A stretch of 64,000 bases of DNA from the human T2T-CHM13v2.0 reference genome, Homo sapiens. A model generated the notes under the pieces. The model saw only the letters and a program-made list of their open reading frames with translations, was not told the DNA's origin and searched no databases. Position 1 is the first letter of the stretch. Every line of letters starts with the position of its first letter. The position numbers were made by a program, and so were the translations under genes. Positions 36,121 through 50,783 of the stretch are shown one piece after another. The stretch lies in NCBI RefSeq assembly GCF_009914755.1, contig NC_060929.1; one strand, written 5' to 3'.

Positions 36121-39100
36121 CAAGTCAAGAGTGAGGGCAGCAGGCTGGAGGGTTGGGAGGAGGCAGAAGGATTCCTGGAGAAGGTAGGACAGTCATCCGG
36201 CCTTGAGGCAACCGCTTCCCCTGACCAGGGTGAGCTTCAGGAGGGCAGAGGGTTTGTTTCTCTCATTTCTATATCCTCAGTGTCTGCCTGGCGCATAGCA
36301 TCAGTAAATAGGTGTTGGATGAATATGAATGGAAGGAGAGAAGACAACCTAATCATTCCTTCTTAAATGTGAGTCTGATTTTTGTTTCTTTGAAAGCACG
36401 GCCCCTAAATTATTCCACTGAATTTTTGAAGCAACTCTATCAGAAGACCCAAGAGTCCCCACCCGGTGGATATCGCCCCTGAGTTTTGGTACGTGATCAT
36501 AGAGAAGAAAAGCCTCCACTCAGGTCTGCGGCTACTGGTAAAAATTAACGTAAGCAGGGCCTGAAGAGGATAGTGCTTGACGGGGATGCGCCAGGGACCT
36601 TCTAGAATCTGCTCCTCTGGGCAACATTTCTTTCAGTTGTGTTCTCTGCAACATGGGTGTTTATCAAAATGCCAACACGTGCTACAAGAACAATCAATGC
36701 TAGTGGTATTTTGTTCCTAATAAAATTAACAATGTCATTTCCCCTTCATTTGCTTTTTTGGTTCTGTAATGAAGTGCTTTTTAAGCATAGAATCAAATTT
36801 TGACCATTTCCTCAGCACATGACCTGTGAGACCACTGTTTTTACTTCTGAGCTGGAATGTTTTGTCTACCCAGCAGCCTCCCTTCTCCTGAGAACCTCAC
36901 CCTCTTTCTTTAAGGGACTTTCTACTCCTGCTTTGACCATGTGTAGAAAATGGGAGTTGGCCTCCACATTCATGGGCCACAGTGATAGGTCAAGGAGTGG
37001 GTTCTTGACTGGAGCAGGACCAATCAGTTTCAATTTAAAGACTTTCGGGGAAGGCTTCTAAAGGACAAGGATCGGCTCCTCTTTGGAGGGGAGGCAGGGA
37101 AGCTATAGGTAAAGCCATCTGCCTTTTCAAATAAGCTAGCCTCTAAATGAGAAGAGAGCAGACAAAAAGATTTGCAGCTTGGCCTGGGATGAATGAGATC
37201 TGTCGTGTCCATTCATCCACAAGGCCAGCTGTACTCTTATCTTTTCTGGGATTTGATTACATGAGTCAGTCAAGTCCCCTTTTAACCTAAGCTACCTCAG
37301 GTAGGGTTCTATTACTTTAAGCAAAAGAACCTTCTTAACTTCAATCCAAGCATGATTTACATCACACTAGCTATGGTTTGTGCTCTGCAGGCCATAAATT
37401 TGCAAGCCCCAAGAGGAGGAGCTGACTTCCAGCTGATCACTGTCCTCAGCCCAGATTCGCCTGGCACTCATGATTGCCTTACATGCTATTGACTTTCTCC
37501 GGCAAGCACCTGCAGCTCTCTACATGGGACTTACTCTCTGGGTGTAGGACCATGCCTCGCCCTTGAATGCCCAAGACAGGCCAGGGGTGGATGCTCACAG
37601 GAGCAGCCCTCAACCAATTATGGAAGGGAATTGGTGACCAAATATCCAAATTTCCTCACCCTGGGGTGGGACAACACCAAAGTGGGTTCTAAATAGTCTC
37701 CTAGAGGACTAGGCTCTAATTACCCATGGTGGTAACCTAACCTGCTCATTAATGTGAGTACTTGGTGGAACTGCATATTTAGTCCCAAACAAGAAAGTTG
37801 GGGGTTGGAAGGAGCTTCTGAGAAGGAAGTAGAAGGAGCAGATTTTGTGGTTAAGAACCTGGCCACTGACTTTGCATCCCAGACTTACCTCAGTGGCCCA
37901 GGGCAAGTCCCTTAGCCTCTTTGTGCCTTGATACCAGGCCTGCCACATGCTTTTTGCCGCAAAATGGGCATAGTGATAGTTCCTACCTCATATGATGGTT
38001 GTGAGGATTCGTTATGACTTTTTGAAGTCTCAGAATGGAGCTAAAGGGGCAGAGAGATTCCACTGACATGTGTGGTGGTTTTGTGCCTAATATACAGGTG
38101 AATCCAAGCTTCCTTTTCTACAACTCCTTCCTCTCTGGGTTGCAAGGACAGTCGCAGTAGTTCTTTAGCTTCAAACTAAATTAGAGCAGGATTTCAAAGT
38201 AGCTTGAAGAGTCTAGTTAGAGGTCCCCAACCACCCCTGGCAAGAACCCTTAAAGCTGCCTGGGCAGGTGGAGTTCTACCCCTGGCCTCGCTGGACTCAT
38301 CTACATCTCCTAGTTCCTTTGTGTCCTATCTGCCCCCCCATCCCAATCAAATGTTGTGCACTTTATCAGTATTGTTTCTCCAACAAGCAAGAAATGAGTA
38401 ATCAGCTGGCTGACAAGCATCTAAGAGGGGAACCAGCCGAAAAAGATTAGATTTTCCAGGCTCCACACAAACCTATTACTCCCAGCCACTGTGGTCTCCC
38501 ACATAGCCCAGTATAAACTAAACACACTGTGCCTCTGCTTTTTCCTTCTTAAAATGTGGAAATCACACCAACGCTCTACAGTCCTTCAAAAGCTTTAGCA
38601 TTTTAAGCAAATGGAAAGCCTCTCCACAAGGAATGTGAGTTAATAAGCACAAAAATTGGCCCCACCCTGGGCTGTGTCCTACCAGAGTGCTGGAGGTGAA
38701 GCTTGGGAAGTCTGCTGGGGTCTGAAAGGCCAGTTCAGCTCAGATCAATCCAAGCATGCAGAAATTATCCTGGCAGGCTCAAGTATCCATATAAATGTAA
38801 AAGCACAGGCAGCATAGAACAAGATTACCCAGAGAGGCCCAAGCTCTCACCAATGTCTCCCAGAGGGGCATCTATTCAAATATTGGTTATCTCTGGCTAA
38901 GAACACAAGCTCAGGGGTTTGAAAGACCTGGGTGCAAATTCTGCCTTGGATACTAGTAAGTGACATTGGTATGTGACCTTGGCCAAATCACTTAAATGTT
39001 CCAACTCTCCCCTCGTTTGTAAAATGCAGATAATCATTCTGATTCCATAGGTGTGTTGCGCAGGTTAGTGAACTCATGAGGATTGAGTATTAAACAGTAC

Positions 39101-42100
39101 CTGGCTCATGGTAAGAATTCTGGGCACTATAATTATACCTGGGGGCCCAGTTGGGCCTGCAGGCCTTCTCTACCAGCCTCTGAGTAGCCCTGACTCGATC
39201 CCAAGCCTCAGACACACACTCTTGAGAATGAGCCATCTCTCATCTTTCCTGCAGCATGGAGGACTGTTTCATTTTTTTTCTGTGTACTTAGCCATGTATA
39301 CTGCTAAAGACTACTTATGTTCTCCATGTTAGTAATCTCCAGCATCCTCCAGCTGTCCACAGCAGTGTGGATTTTCTAGGGGCTGAAGAACACAGGACCA
39401 GATGGGTAGGATTTATAGCTCTGGTCCTAGATGTGGGACAAGGCACGTATCCTGCACCAGCCTCAGCTTCCTCCCTTATGAAATGAGAGGGATGGACTAA
39501 ATGATCCATAAATTCCCTTCAGGCTCAACATTTTATGATTCTAACTGGTTATCATTAGCATCAGATGGCTCCCTCATTTAAATAGAGCTCTTTAAATGGG
39601 CACACAAGGAAACTTGTAAAGTTTGGATTTCTTTACACAAACCAAGGTAGTGATTGCCAATAACTTGAAGCTTTTAATTTAGAAACATCTTTCAAAATGT
39701 CAAAAAGAGATAACTATGAATTTGCTCCCCGTAGGGCACCACTTGCTCCTCTTGTTTGAATTAGTTCTAAATTACCACTTAAATGCTTCAAAGATTGAAT
39801 GTGATCTCCATCCAATTTCCATGGCAGCTAAGATGGATCTAGAATACCGGGAAGTTAAGATGCTCAGTTAGGGAAAACCCATGTATGTGGTGACTCTAAG
39901 GATGTTTCTTTGTAGTGTCTGGTCAGGAAATCCACCCAAATAAGGGCCACACTCTAACCTAGTCATTTTGACTGGCACTCTCCTGCTATACCCCAGCAAC
40001 AGGAATTATCCTATTCAGATATTGGCCTGAACATGGTTCACTCAGAAATGAAGGTATAGAGAGCATAAAACAAATATAGGGATGTGCCATTCATTGATTC
40101 AACAAATATTCACTGAACTCTTTCAAATGCAAAAGGCACATGAAAGATGCCCTGGTGCATGCAGAGATCAGTTACAGACTCTGCTTTCTAGGAAGCTGCA
40201 ACATAGAGAGAGACATAAGACATGTACAGCAGTAATTTTAATAAAAGTGAATTGGAAGTTGGGTCATGCCTCTGGGCCCAAAAGTCTCCTTTCTGGAACT
40301 GTCCAGCCCATACACCATTGTTGATGTGACCAGCTTGAGCAGCTGTGTCAGATTTGCATGGCCCCTCACCCTCTGACCCCACACAGTTGGACCAGGTGAA
40401 TTCCTCATCTAAAGGGCATGACCCTGGGAAACAAGAATGTCAAAGCTGATTCCTTCTCAAAACTTTCAACCAAGAAGCATAAAGAATGCAATGATCTGGT
40501 GGCAGTCACAGAACCAGTAAGTCATGTGCAGGTGGTACCTTCATAAAAATCCAGCAGAGATCCAAATTCCATTCAAGCTATGGAGGAACAGGGACTACAA
40601 GTCAGCAGAAGGAGCCACTTGCCTCTGTCTTGGTCTTTGCAGAGAGGAGATTGGTACCATGTTCCAGAGAAAAGCTGATCGTAAGGGACAATCAAGCCAC
40701 AGAAAATCGTTGCCTGGTGGCTTTCCCATTCTTATGAAGTCCAGATGTACTTCCTGAATTTTATGTCCATGAGATTCTTCTGAGTTCTTTCAGTAAATCC
40801 ATACTTTCCTAGAGCTAGTCTATAACTCTAGCTTCACAGATTCCGGTGTGCACAAATTATGACTTTCAGTATTTTTCTAAAATCAACTTGATTTCTGTTT
40901 TGACCTTCCAATCTGTTGCAGATGCAAAACTACAACTCAGCCAGTTGAAGGATTCTTTCCTGCATCCCCTGCCCCAAGTTGTTTTGCAGTTTCCTGGAAC
41001 TTATGTAGTGCTAAGACATCAAGATGACTGAAGAAGGGGTGTGGCAGTTGTCTGTTACAAGACACTCTCACCGTTGTGCAGGCCCCCCTGAGACATTCTT
41101 CACCCCACGTGGTCTTCAGGTGTCAGTCCATGCAGGCTCCATGGAGACCGCCTCCTTCCCAGCTGAATGGTCCCATCAGGTCAGCAACCTTTTCCATTTC
41201 TCTCAAGCTACTCTGAACGCTCTTGGGCCACCCCTAGTGCAGGAGCTCTGTGAGGCTGGGTAAGGCCTTGACTACTAATACTCACCACACAGACATTTTC
41301 TGTCTGGAAATCTTACTGTCTTTTGGGGTCCATTCATCTAGCTGTGGGATTGGGCTCCTTCCATGGGGCTCTGACTTTCTGTAAGGCCCACCAATGTCAT
41401 CGCACTGACCATTTTGCCTTGACTGTTCTGTCCTCTAACCCAGGAAATCCTTTTCCTCTTGGCTTGCTGGGTAGTGAGAAGGAGGAAGCACTGCATAAAC
41501 CAAGATGGAGTTTTAGCCACTCAGCAGAATAAAGTGTAAAATCATAAGTTTGATTACTAAAACATAAATGTATCATTTGCACAGAATTGAGATGTAGACA
41601 AGAAGACTTGTATTTGCCATGTTAAGATGCCTACCCAGGAATGCTAAGAATTCTTATGGAACCTACCCTACTCCCAGACTGGTTAACAAATAGTTGAATT
41701 TGAGCCAATTTCTTTGAGGCAATGGCTGTGACCTCAGTGAGCACTGATGTGTGAAAATGAGTTAGACGCTCAGAAGTCACTGCTGGTTTCAGAAAAAAAA
41801 GTCTTTGAAAGAGTACCTCAGGATGCTTTCTGTCTCCCAGGAAGTCAACAGAAGGAAGGAAGAATGGGCAAATGAAAACTTCTGAGTTTTCTGCAGAGAT
41901 TAAATTATCTAATTTCTGGGAAGCTGCCTCAGGAAAGACAGGGATCTCTTGAGGACCTCTGTCAAGGATTCTAATTTTTCAAAAACCACAACCTTTTTCC
42001 AAGGAGAGTGGAGCAATTCTAGGTGAACTGGCTGCCTCCAGCAACCGAGAGGTCGCTTGTTACTCTGCAGAACCCACACAGCCCCTTAATGTGACATTAA

Positions 42101-44245
42101 CTCAGTGACCTAGAGCACGTGCAGAAAAGGTCTATATCCTGGCTAGAAGGAAAACTCTGCCTAGCCCCAAGGGTAATATTTCAAGGTAGCTGGTCTGAGT
42201 AGAAAAGGGGAAATGTTCTCCAAGTAGAAAAGTGCAAATGGATTCTGCTCTTCCTTGATTTATGGGAAGATAAACACTTTATGGGAGATTCTACCCACAA
42301 AGAGACCCAGAACTAATAACTTGGAAACTGAGGTATATTTGGTACCAGGAAGGGCAGCGTGGGAAACCAGAAGAGAACTAGATTGGGGCCAGGCTGACTC
42401 TGCAGGAGCCTAACTCATTCAGCTCCCTTGTCCCCCTCTGAGCCCAGAGAGACCCCAAGGCCCAAGTTAAAATAGTACCACCAGAAGGAGGAGAATTATG
42501 CATCTAAAAAGCAGTTGGGGTAACAGCCCCATTATTTAGGAAGGCAGCTTTTCACGGAGGCTTTATAACCCCTCACTCTGTGAGTGGTCAGAGGTTCAAA
42601 TCCCAGCTTCACCACTCAGCAAGCCAAGTTACTTAGCCTTTGTGCCTCAGTTTTGCCATCTGAGATATGGACATAGTGTAGTACCTACCTCCATTGGGAT
42701 TTTGTAAGGTTAAATGAGGTCATTCACAAAATATGCTTGAGACATAATGGTAGGCAGCATTTTGACTGTTAACCACTCCTGTTGCTTTTAAGCAAAATGA
42801 GATATCTCTTCCTTGAAGAATACTGTTCAAAGACATGGAAACACCAAGGAGAAAAAGGGTGTGGGGAGATGCAGGGATTTGTTTCATTTATAAAATATTA
42901 CTCCACCATAGTAGTTTGCTTGCAAGGAACAGAACCCCACTGAAAGAGCCTTAACTGCAAAGGAAAGCCACATATGATAAACAGGAGGAGAGCAGGAGCC
43001 TTTTTGGGTATGTGAGTTGGATTTTAAAGAGTGGGTCAATGGAGATGTTGTACAAGGCCTAGAAAGCAGGAGCACATGAGGGCCTGGTGCTTCCAGCCTG
43101 TTCTTTCCTCCTTAGGAGACAGCTTCTGTCCGAGGGCTAACAGGAGAAGGAAGAGTAGCATCTCAGGATATCAGGAGTTTGTGCAATTTCTCAAGCTTGC
43201 TCAGTTTCTCCCCATCACATACACACGTGTGTTCTTCCTCACTGGCAACACCCTCATCATGTGGATAGTGCTCCACCCCTTCTTGATCTTCCAAGGGTCG
43301 TAGGGATTGTGAGGGGCAATTTCCATACAATGAATTAAACTGGGGACCAACTGAGGATTTGATTCAACATCTCGTTGAGGATTGCCAGCAAATGCAAAGT
43401 CCTCACTTGACAGCAACAGAATAAATAGCACACTTGGCCCTAGAGCACAGGCACAGGATGGGTTCTTTCTGATGGAGACTGGGCAGTCTGTGGACTGAGG
43501 CTCACAAAGAGGCAGGTTCTCCATCCTTGGCCAGACCCAGCCACCTGGCATCTTTGGTAAATTCCTCAGAGTCAACTCAGGGAAAGCTCATAACCCCCAT
43601 TCGTTTATTCTCTTCTTTTCCCCCCCAACCATGCCTAGTCATTTTTTCTCCCTAGCCCTGGAAAATAATCTCTTTTGACATGGGGAAGAACCTACTCTCT
43701 CCCTCTGCTTTTGGCTGTGTTTTTGTTCTTGGCTCATAGAGGGTTGCAGCCCAGGAGAAAGTTGAAAGAGCCCCTGAGCTATTGTAGCTTTTATGTTACA
43801 AAAACCTAAACGCTTATGGGTATGAGATTCATAGGCACAAAGATTACTTGTTTGAATTATAAGTGAAAGGGTGCTCACAAAAGGAAAAACTAAACTAATA
43901 TGTCAAACTATGATTCCAGCCACTTCTGGTTACAGTATAATATTGTGGGTAAGGCTGGTAGGCCTATCTTTCTGCCAATTTTAGAATTCAGAGCCCAGAT
44001 CAAAGATTTGGCATTTAGAAACATCCTGAACATTTGCTTTCAGCTTATCCAGGGGCTGGTTCATGAAGCCTAAAGTCACCAGAAGGGTGGTGTATAGTCA
44101 GAGAGAGAGAGAAGAAGTACTAGGACAGTGCTGGGTCTCTGAAGTTAAAAGAGTAGAGAGCTTCAAGGACTGACTGTGGTCCCAGAGATAAACCTGGGAA
44201 GAGCCCATTGGGTGGTCTCTGATAACACCTTGAAAACTATTTCTG

Positions 44246-46247
44246 ATAATGGGTATCCCAACAGAAAAAGAGGAAGTCAAACTACCCCTGTTTATAGATG
44301 ACGTGATTCTATATCTAGAACACCCCATAGCCATGGCCCAAAAGCTCCTTCAGCTGATAAACAACTTCAGCAAAGTTTCAGAACACAAAATCAACATACA
44401 AAAATCATTCCAGCATTCCTATACACCAACAATAGCCACGCCAAGAGCCAAACTAGGAACGCAATCCCATTCACAATCACCACAAAAAGAATCAAATACC
44501 TAGGGATACAGCTAACCAGGGAGGTGAAAGATCTCTACAATGAGAAGTACAAAACACTGCTCAAATAAATCAGAGATGACACAAACAAACAGACAAATAT
44601 TCCATGGTCATGGATAGGAAAAATCAATATCATTAAAATGGCCATACTGCCCAAAGCAGTTTATAGATTCAATGTTATTCCTATCAAACTACCAACAACA
44701 TTCTTCACAAAACTAGAAAACACTATTTTAAATTTCATATAGAACCAAAAAAGAGCCTGAATAGCCAAGGCAATTCTAAGCAAAAAGAACAAAGATAGAG
44801 CCATCATGCCACCCAACTTCAAACTATGCCTCAGGGCTACAGTAACCAAAACAGCATGGTACTGGCACAAAAACGGACACATAGACCAATGGAACAGAAT
44901 ACAAAGCCCAGAAATAAGGCCGCACACCTACAACCATCTGATCTTCAACAAAGCTGACAAAAACAAGCAATGGAGAACAGACTCCCTATTCAATAAATGG
45001 TTCTGGGATAACTGGCTAGCCATATGCAGAAGATTGAAGCTAGGCCCCTTCCTTATACCATATACAAAAATCAACTCAAGATGAATTAAAGACTTAAATG
45101 TGAAGCCCAAAACTATGAAAACCCTGGAAGACAACCTAGGCAATACCATCTTGGACCTAGGAATGGCCAAAGATTTTATGACAAAGACACCAAAATGAAT
45201 CACAACAAAAGCAAAAATTGACAAATAGGATCTAATTAAACTAAAGAGCTTCTGCACAGCAAAAGAAACTATCAACAGAGTAAACAGACAACCTAGAGAA
45301 TGAGAGAGAAGTGTTTGCAAACTATGCATCTGACAAAGTTCTAATATCCAGCATCTATAAGGAACTTAAACAAATTTACAAGAAAAAAAACAAGCAACCC
45401 ATTAAAAAGTGGGCAAGACGTGAACAAACACTTTTCAAAAGAAGACATACATGTGGCCAATGAGCATAATAAAAAAAACTCAATATCCCTAATGATTAAA
45501 GAAATGCAAATCAAAACCACGAGATACCATCTCATACCAGACAGAATGGCTACTATTAAAAAGTAAAATAATAATAATAATAATAACAGATGCTGGCAAG
45601 GTTGAGGAGAAAAGGCAATGCTTTTACACTACTGGTGAAAATACAAATTAGTTCAACCATTGTGGAAAGCAGTGTGGTGATTCCTCAAAGAGCTAAAAAC
45701 AGAACTATCATTCAACCCAGCAATCCTATAAAACTAGGTATATAACCAAAGGAATGTAAATCATTCTATCATAAAAACACATGCACACATTCACTGAAAC
45801 ACTATTCACAATAGCAATGACGTGGAATCAACCTAAATCCCCACCAGTGGTAGACTGGACAAAGAAAATATGGTAAATATACACCATGGAATATCATGCA
45901 GCCATAAAAAATGAGATCATGTTCTTTGCAGAAACATGGAGCTGGAGGCCATTATCCTTAGCAAACTAACGCAAGAACAGAAAACCAAATACTGCATGTT
46001 CTCACTTATAAGTGGGAGCTAAATGATGAGAACACATGGGCACATAGAGAGGAATCACAGACACTGGGGCCTACCTGAGGGTGGAGGGTGGGAAGAGGGA
46101 GAGGATCAGAGAAAATAACTATTGGGCACTAGGCTTAACACCTGGGTGACAAAATAATCTGTACAGCAAACCCTGCAATACAAGTTTACCTGTGTAACAA
46201 ACCTGCACATGTACCACTGAACCTAAAATAAAAATTTTAAAAAGAAA
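44246..46247 (+). mobile_element. 5'-truncated old L1PA element (~2 kb; ORF2 C-terminus plus 3'UTR), decayed
   Basis: [17 protein letters not shown] (RT FADD motif decayed), [18 protein letters not shown]1 3'UTR and A-tail, with degenerate TSD GAAAA..TTTCTG. Confidence 0.92.
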
Positions 46248-47349
46248 GAAAATTTTCTGTAGAGGGTGAGGACAAAATCAGCTGGCAATGGGTTAACAGA
46301 GGAGTGGAGAAGTTCTGGAAGCTGATGGTGTGATATAGATTTGAGGAATTTAACTTTTAAAAACCCTTATGTTTTACCTGGTTATCACTTCTTGTTTCAC
46401 TGCCAGTGACAAATAGCTTGCCATTTTAGGAATGTAAAAATTTTTTATATCATATGTCTTGATGCAATTATGGGGGTTGAACCACTATTGCATTTTGAAA
46501 CATTTCTTAAATAAAATTAGAAGACTGGGCTAATTGGTCTCTGAGGTCCCTGCCAGCTCTGACATTCCATGATGACTTGAACCTTCGGGCCATCACAAAT
46601 GAACATTTACAGAGCACTTTCAGCAACACAGAACATGCAAAGATGGCTCTTGTCTGTAGCCACAAAGGGAATTCTTATAAACTCCCTACAACTGGAGAGC
46701 CCTCTGCTTCTGATTGTCTCATCTGCTGCTTAGCTTTGCTCAGAATCAAGTCTTCCTCAGTCCACAGGCTGTGAGGGGAAGCCACCCATCGAGCAATGAG
46801 GGGGCCCACATGGCCAGCTCTGAGTGGTAAACTGCTCCCCACAAACCCAGCCACAAGGTCTATATGGACTTAGGACCCATCCGGAACCCTTGGTGGTTTA
46901 GGCCATTTAATATGTGAACTTCTCAGCCACTGGAAAGCCAGAGAGTGCCTCTACTACCCTTCCCCATGAAGCAGCCCCAGGGGCTCAGACATAATACCAG
47001 CAGGCACCAAGCCTCATTAGGGGAAGACATGTTTCTGCTGAACTTGCATTTCTAACACAAAGCTGCCTCTAGTAATCCTAGTGAAAGAAGTACAAGAAGC
47101 CACAGGAAACTATTTTCAGCTATCTTAAAACTAGAAAATTGATTTAAAATTGTTGCATTCTGCTTTCTAAAGAATCATTTACAGCTGTCTTGCCTCCTTG
47201 TTATACAATTTACACATATGACTCAGTCCTACCTTCGTCCCACAACTGAGTGAGACTTGGAAAGAAATGTATACTAAAGAGACCTCCCTGGCCCCTCCAG
47301 ATTCAGAGATCTGAGTGTTTTCAAGTCAGAAATAAAGAGAACTGCTTGC

Positions 47350-47530
47350 TTCTGTCTCTCTCTTTATCTCTCTCTCTCTCTCTCTCTTTCTTTCTTTCAT
47401 TTTCTTTCTTGACAGGGTCTCACTCTGTCAATCAGGCTGGAGTGCAGTGGTGTGATCATAGCTCACTGTAACCTCGAATTCCTGGGCTCAAATGATTCTC
47501 CCACCTCAGCCTGCAGAGTAGCTAGGAACT
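47350..47530 (-). mobile_element. Alu monomer fragment with CT-rich tail
   Basis: GACAGGGTCTCACTCTGTC...CAGGCTGGAGTGCAGTGG. Confidence 0.8.
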
Positions 47531-47621
47531 GCGTGCTTTTCCACAGCCAATTCTCGGTCCACCTGCTTATGATCCTGTGTCTCTGGTGCCATCTGCAGGA
47601 AGTAGACACAGCCAAATGTTT

Positions 47622-47983
47622 ATACAGATTGAGTATCCATTATCTGAAATTCTGGGGATCGGAAGTGTTTCAAATTTCAGATTTTTTTTTTATTTTAACA
47701 TATGTTCATGTACCTAATGAGATATCTTGGGATGTGACCCAAGTCTAAACAGGAAATTCATTTGTATTTTATATATGCCTTATACCCATAGCCCAAAGGT
47801 AAGTTTATACAATAACTTTAATGTGTGCATGAAATCAAGTTTTGACTGCATTTTCTACTATTGCCTTTCACATGAGGTAAGGTGTGGAATTTTCCACTTG
47901 AGAAATCATGTCGGCCTTCAGAAAGTTTCCAGTTTTGGAGGATTTTAGATTGCAGATTTTCAGATTGGAGATTCTCCACCGGT
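47622..47983. mobile_element. Tigger4-like DNA transposon
   Basis: TACAGATTGAGTATCC...GGAGATTCTCCACCGGTA degenerate TIRs with TA ends. Confidence 0.75.
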
Positions 47984-48232
47984 ATTTTTATGTGATATTA
48001 ACTCAACAACTGGTGGTGATTGACCACAGAGGGGACAACAAACAAGCAGCCTAAGAGAGGCACCAAGAGAACCATGGATGATGAGGAAGTCATGAATGTC
48101 CCTTAGAATCACTCAGCAATGCTAAAGGCATCACGAGACGTCAAGTAAGATAAGGATGGAAATTTTCCAGTGTTTTTGACCATTTGGAGGCTACAGCTAT
48201 AGAGCTAACCTTGATGAAAGTAGATTTATTAT

Positions 48233-48516
48233 CTCAGCAGGAAACAGAAATTATACTGCCCTGATTGGATGGGTGCAAAGAGAAAGAGACATCATGTGCT
48301 TCACAGAGTTTGGGTCAGAAGAGTAGGAGAGAAGTTAGCTATGGTGAGGGAACTATTATATCAGGAAAGGGATTCTTAGGATTAGAGCATGCTTTTAGAC
48401 TGGAAAAATAGAGAAGGAGATATTGGAGATTACCAGAGAGAGGGAGAGAGAGAGATGCCTTGAAGAGGCAGAAGGGAATGGAGTCCAGAGGCAGGTGGAG
48501 GTTTACCCTTAACAAG
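48233..48516 (+). repeat. Left arm of ~285-bp inverted duplication (L2-derived context)
   Basis: Reverse complement aligns to 50784-51072, roughly 85% identical by eye, with the first 35 bp identical. Confidence 0.9.
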
Positions 48517-48831
48517 GGAGGAAGGGAGGATGAATTTGGAATATATGACAAGTTTATAGGTCAGAGTACAAGAAACTGAGCTTGGAAGCTTCAATTTTCT
48601 CTATGGAATGGCATGCAAAATGTAGATGGGCATAACACAAGCCTGGAAGGTTTGGAATTATCCTTGGTCTGAACTTTCCCTTTCCCCCTGTTATGTACAA
48701 TTGTTTATGAGTAGGTTGACCATTACTCCTGGTATGTCCAAGACAGTCCTAGTTTATGGCTATTGCTCTGTTATAATTATTCATTCTCAACAATGTCCCA
48801 GTTGGAACAATAAATTATATGGTCACTCTAT

Positions 48832-48879
48832 TACGTGTGTGTGTGTGTGTGCGCGCGCGTGCGCGCGCGTGTGCATGCA
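48832..48879. repeat. (TG)n(CG)n alternating purine-pyrimidine tract
   Basis: 48 bp of uninterrupted RY alternation. Confidence 0.9.
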
Positions 48880-49899
48880 AGGGCAAGATTTGTGTTTCGT
48901 CAGCCTGCACAACTGTGGCATTTTCTCCTGTAATGCAGACCCCACATCAGACCCAGAAGATGCAAATAGTATTGATCCAGGGTTGGGGTTTTTCTAGGCA
49001 GGTGAAGTAGCAGGCTAGAGATACTTAAGATTTGAGAGTTCTGGTGATTGGGTAGCATGGGGACAATGGCATCTATCCATGCTTCCTCCTCCACACAGGT
49101 AAGAACATCTTAAACACTGTGGTTTGAGGTATCTCTCAGAGGAAAAGCCAGTGCTCTTTGTAGACGATGGTCTACAAAGCCCTGAGTGACCCGCACCCAC
49201 CTCTGACCTTCTATCACCTCCCTCTCATTTACTGCTCTGTGGAAAATATTCTGAGGTTACAGCCTCAGAATTTACCATAAGGACAGCACTGTGGGAAGGA
49301 GGGAAGGAAGTATCTAGGTGTCTAGCAAACAGCACAACCCAGACCCTTAACACATGAAAACTGCAGACTTTCTTTACATACTGATACAACCAAAGACATC
49401 CCCTCCTCCATCCCCTCCTCCACCGCCTGAGTATTGCCCTATGCATCAAGAGGGGTGCAGGAATCTTGTAATTCATAGGCGGAGGTTGGGGGATATTGTG
49501 GTAGTCAGGGAAGGGGAAATCTAGGGATTACTAGAGGATGCAAATACTATAGTCCTAAATTAGCAAACTTCAAAGGGCCATATGGGAGGAGTGGCAATTA
49601 CATACTTTTCCTAGTCAAACTTTAGCAATGTATTATTTCACTAGACATTAATTCTTCTTTCTATATAGTAGTTTGTCAAACTTGAAGCTCTGAGGAATAA
49701 AAAGATGCCACATATGTCTGGAGTGGAGTATAAAAGAAGAGTCAATCTCATAGTAGACAAACACCCCAAGGACACAGGCTCTTTACACTTGCAGTTTCCT
49801 CTGCTTGTGATGCTTATAATACAGACAGCATCCAACTTAGCAAGGTTCAACATTCAATGTCTCTGCTTTGAATGGTGCAAAGGTGATGCACATTCAGTG

Positions 49900-50070
49900 C
49901 ACTCCTTAGCTCCCGATGGGGTTGCATCTGGATAAACCCATTGTAAATTGAAAATACCGTAAGTTGAAAACACACTGTTGACTAACAATATTTTCAACTT
50001 ATGATAGGCTTATGAGGTTCCTGATGGGCTTCTAGGGACATAACCCCATTGTAAAATGAGGAGCATCTGC
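49900..50070. mobile_element. MER47/Tigger5-like element
   Basis: GATGGGGTTGCATCTGGATAAACCCATTGTAA...AACCCCATTGTAAAATGAGGAGCATCTG. Confidence 0.65.
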
Positions 50071-50783
50071 GTCCTCATGGCTTGTCCCATGCTGCTGTCT
50101 CTGCTTAAATGTACTCTAACTGGTGAGGACTCCCATAGTCACCATAGATAACAGCTCCTCCATTCTGCATAAGCTGCTTTTTCTCCACAACATTGATAAC
50201 CATCTGGTATACATAGATCCTTATTTATAGTTTTCCTTCCCACTCTAATGTAAACTCTATGTGGCAGAGACTTGGTATGGTCACTGAGCAACCCCAATGC
50301 CTGCAGCAGTGCTTGGGCCATAATGGGTTTTCAATGACTATCTGTGGAATGAATGAATGAATGAATAAGTGGATACTAAGAGTATTCATGCAATGTCTGT
50401 TTTCATGAAATTTTGATAAGCCCTCATGATCAAATTGTGGAGATATTCTAAGAAAATAATTACATCTTGATTCTTTTGAGTAGGTGAATTGCCCCTTTTT
50501 TCCCCTCAGAAAAATCTGTTGGGCAGGTAAGCTACACTCAGTAGCTTAAGATGAGTCTCAATCCTGGGACTCAAGTGTTTTAACTCCAAATTCCATCCCA
50601 TTTCCGTAGCCCAACATGTATCCTTTCCTTTAGCACAGAGAAAGAAGTCTTCTTTTGGAAAGCGTCATTTCCTTTCACTGTCTCCGCTTTCTCACCTCTT
50701 TTGGAGTTTAGTCTCTTTTTGACCAACCTCAACCCAGCCTCGTCATCCCTGCACCCGGCATCTTGTTACAGGCACTAGAGTTA

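Noticed and set aside
44249-45535. RT-like ORF fragments
   Set aside because: Decayed, 5'-truncated L1 ORF2 with several stops, not a novel RT system.
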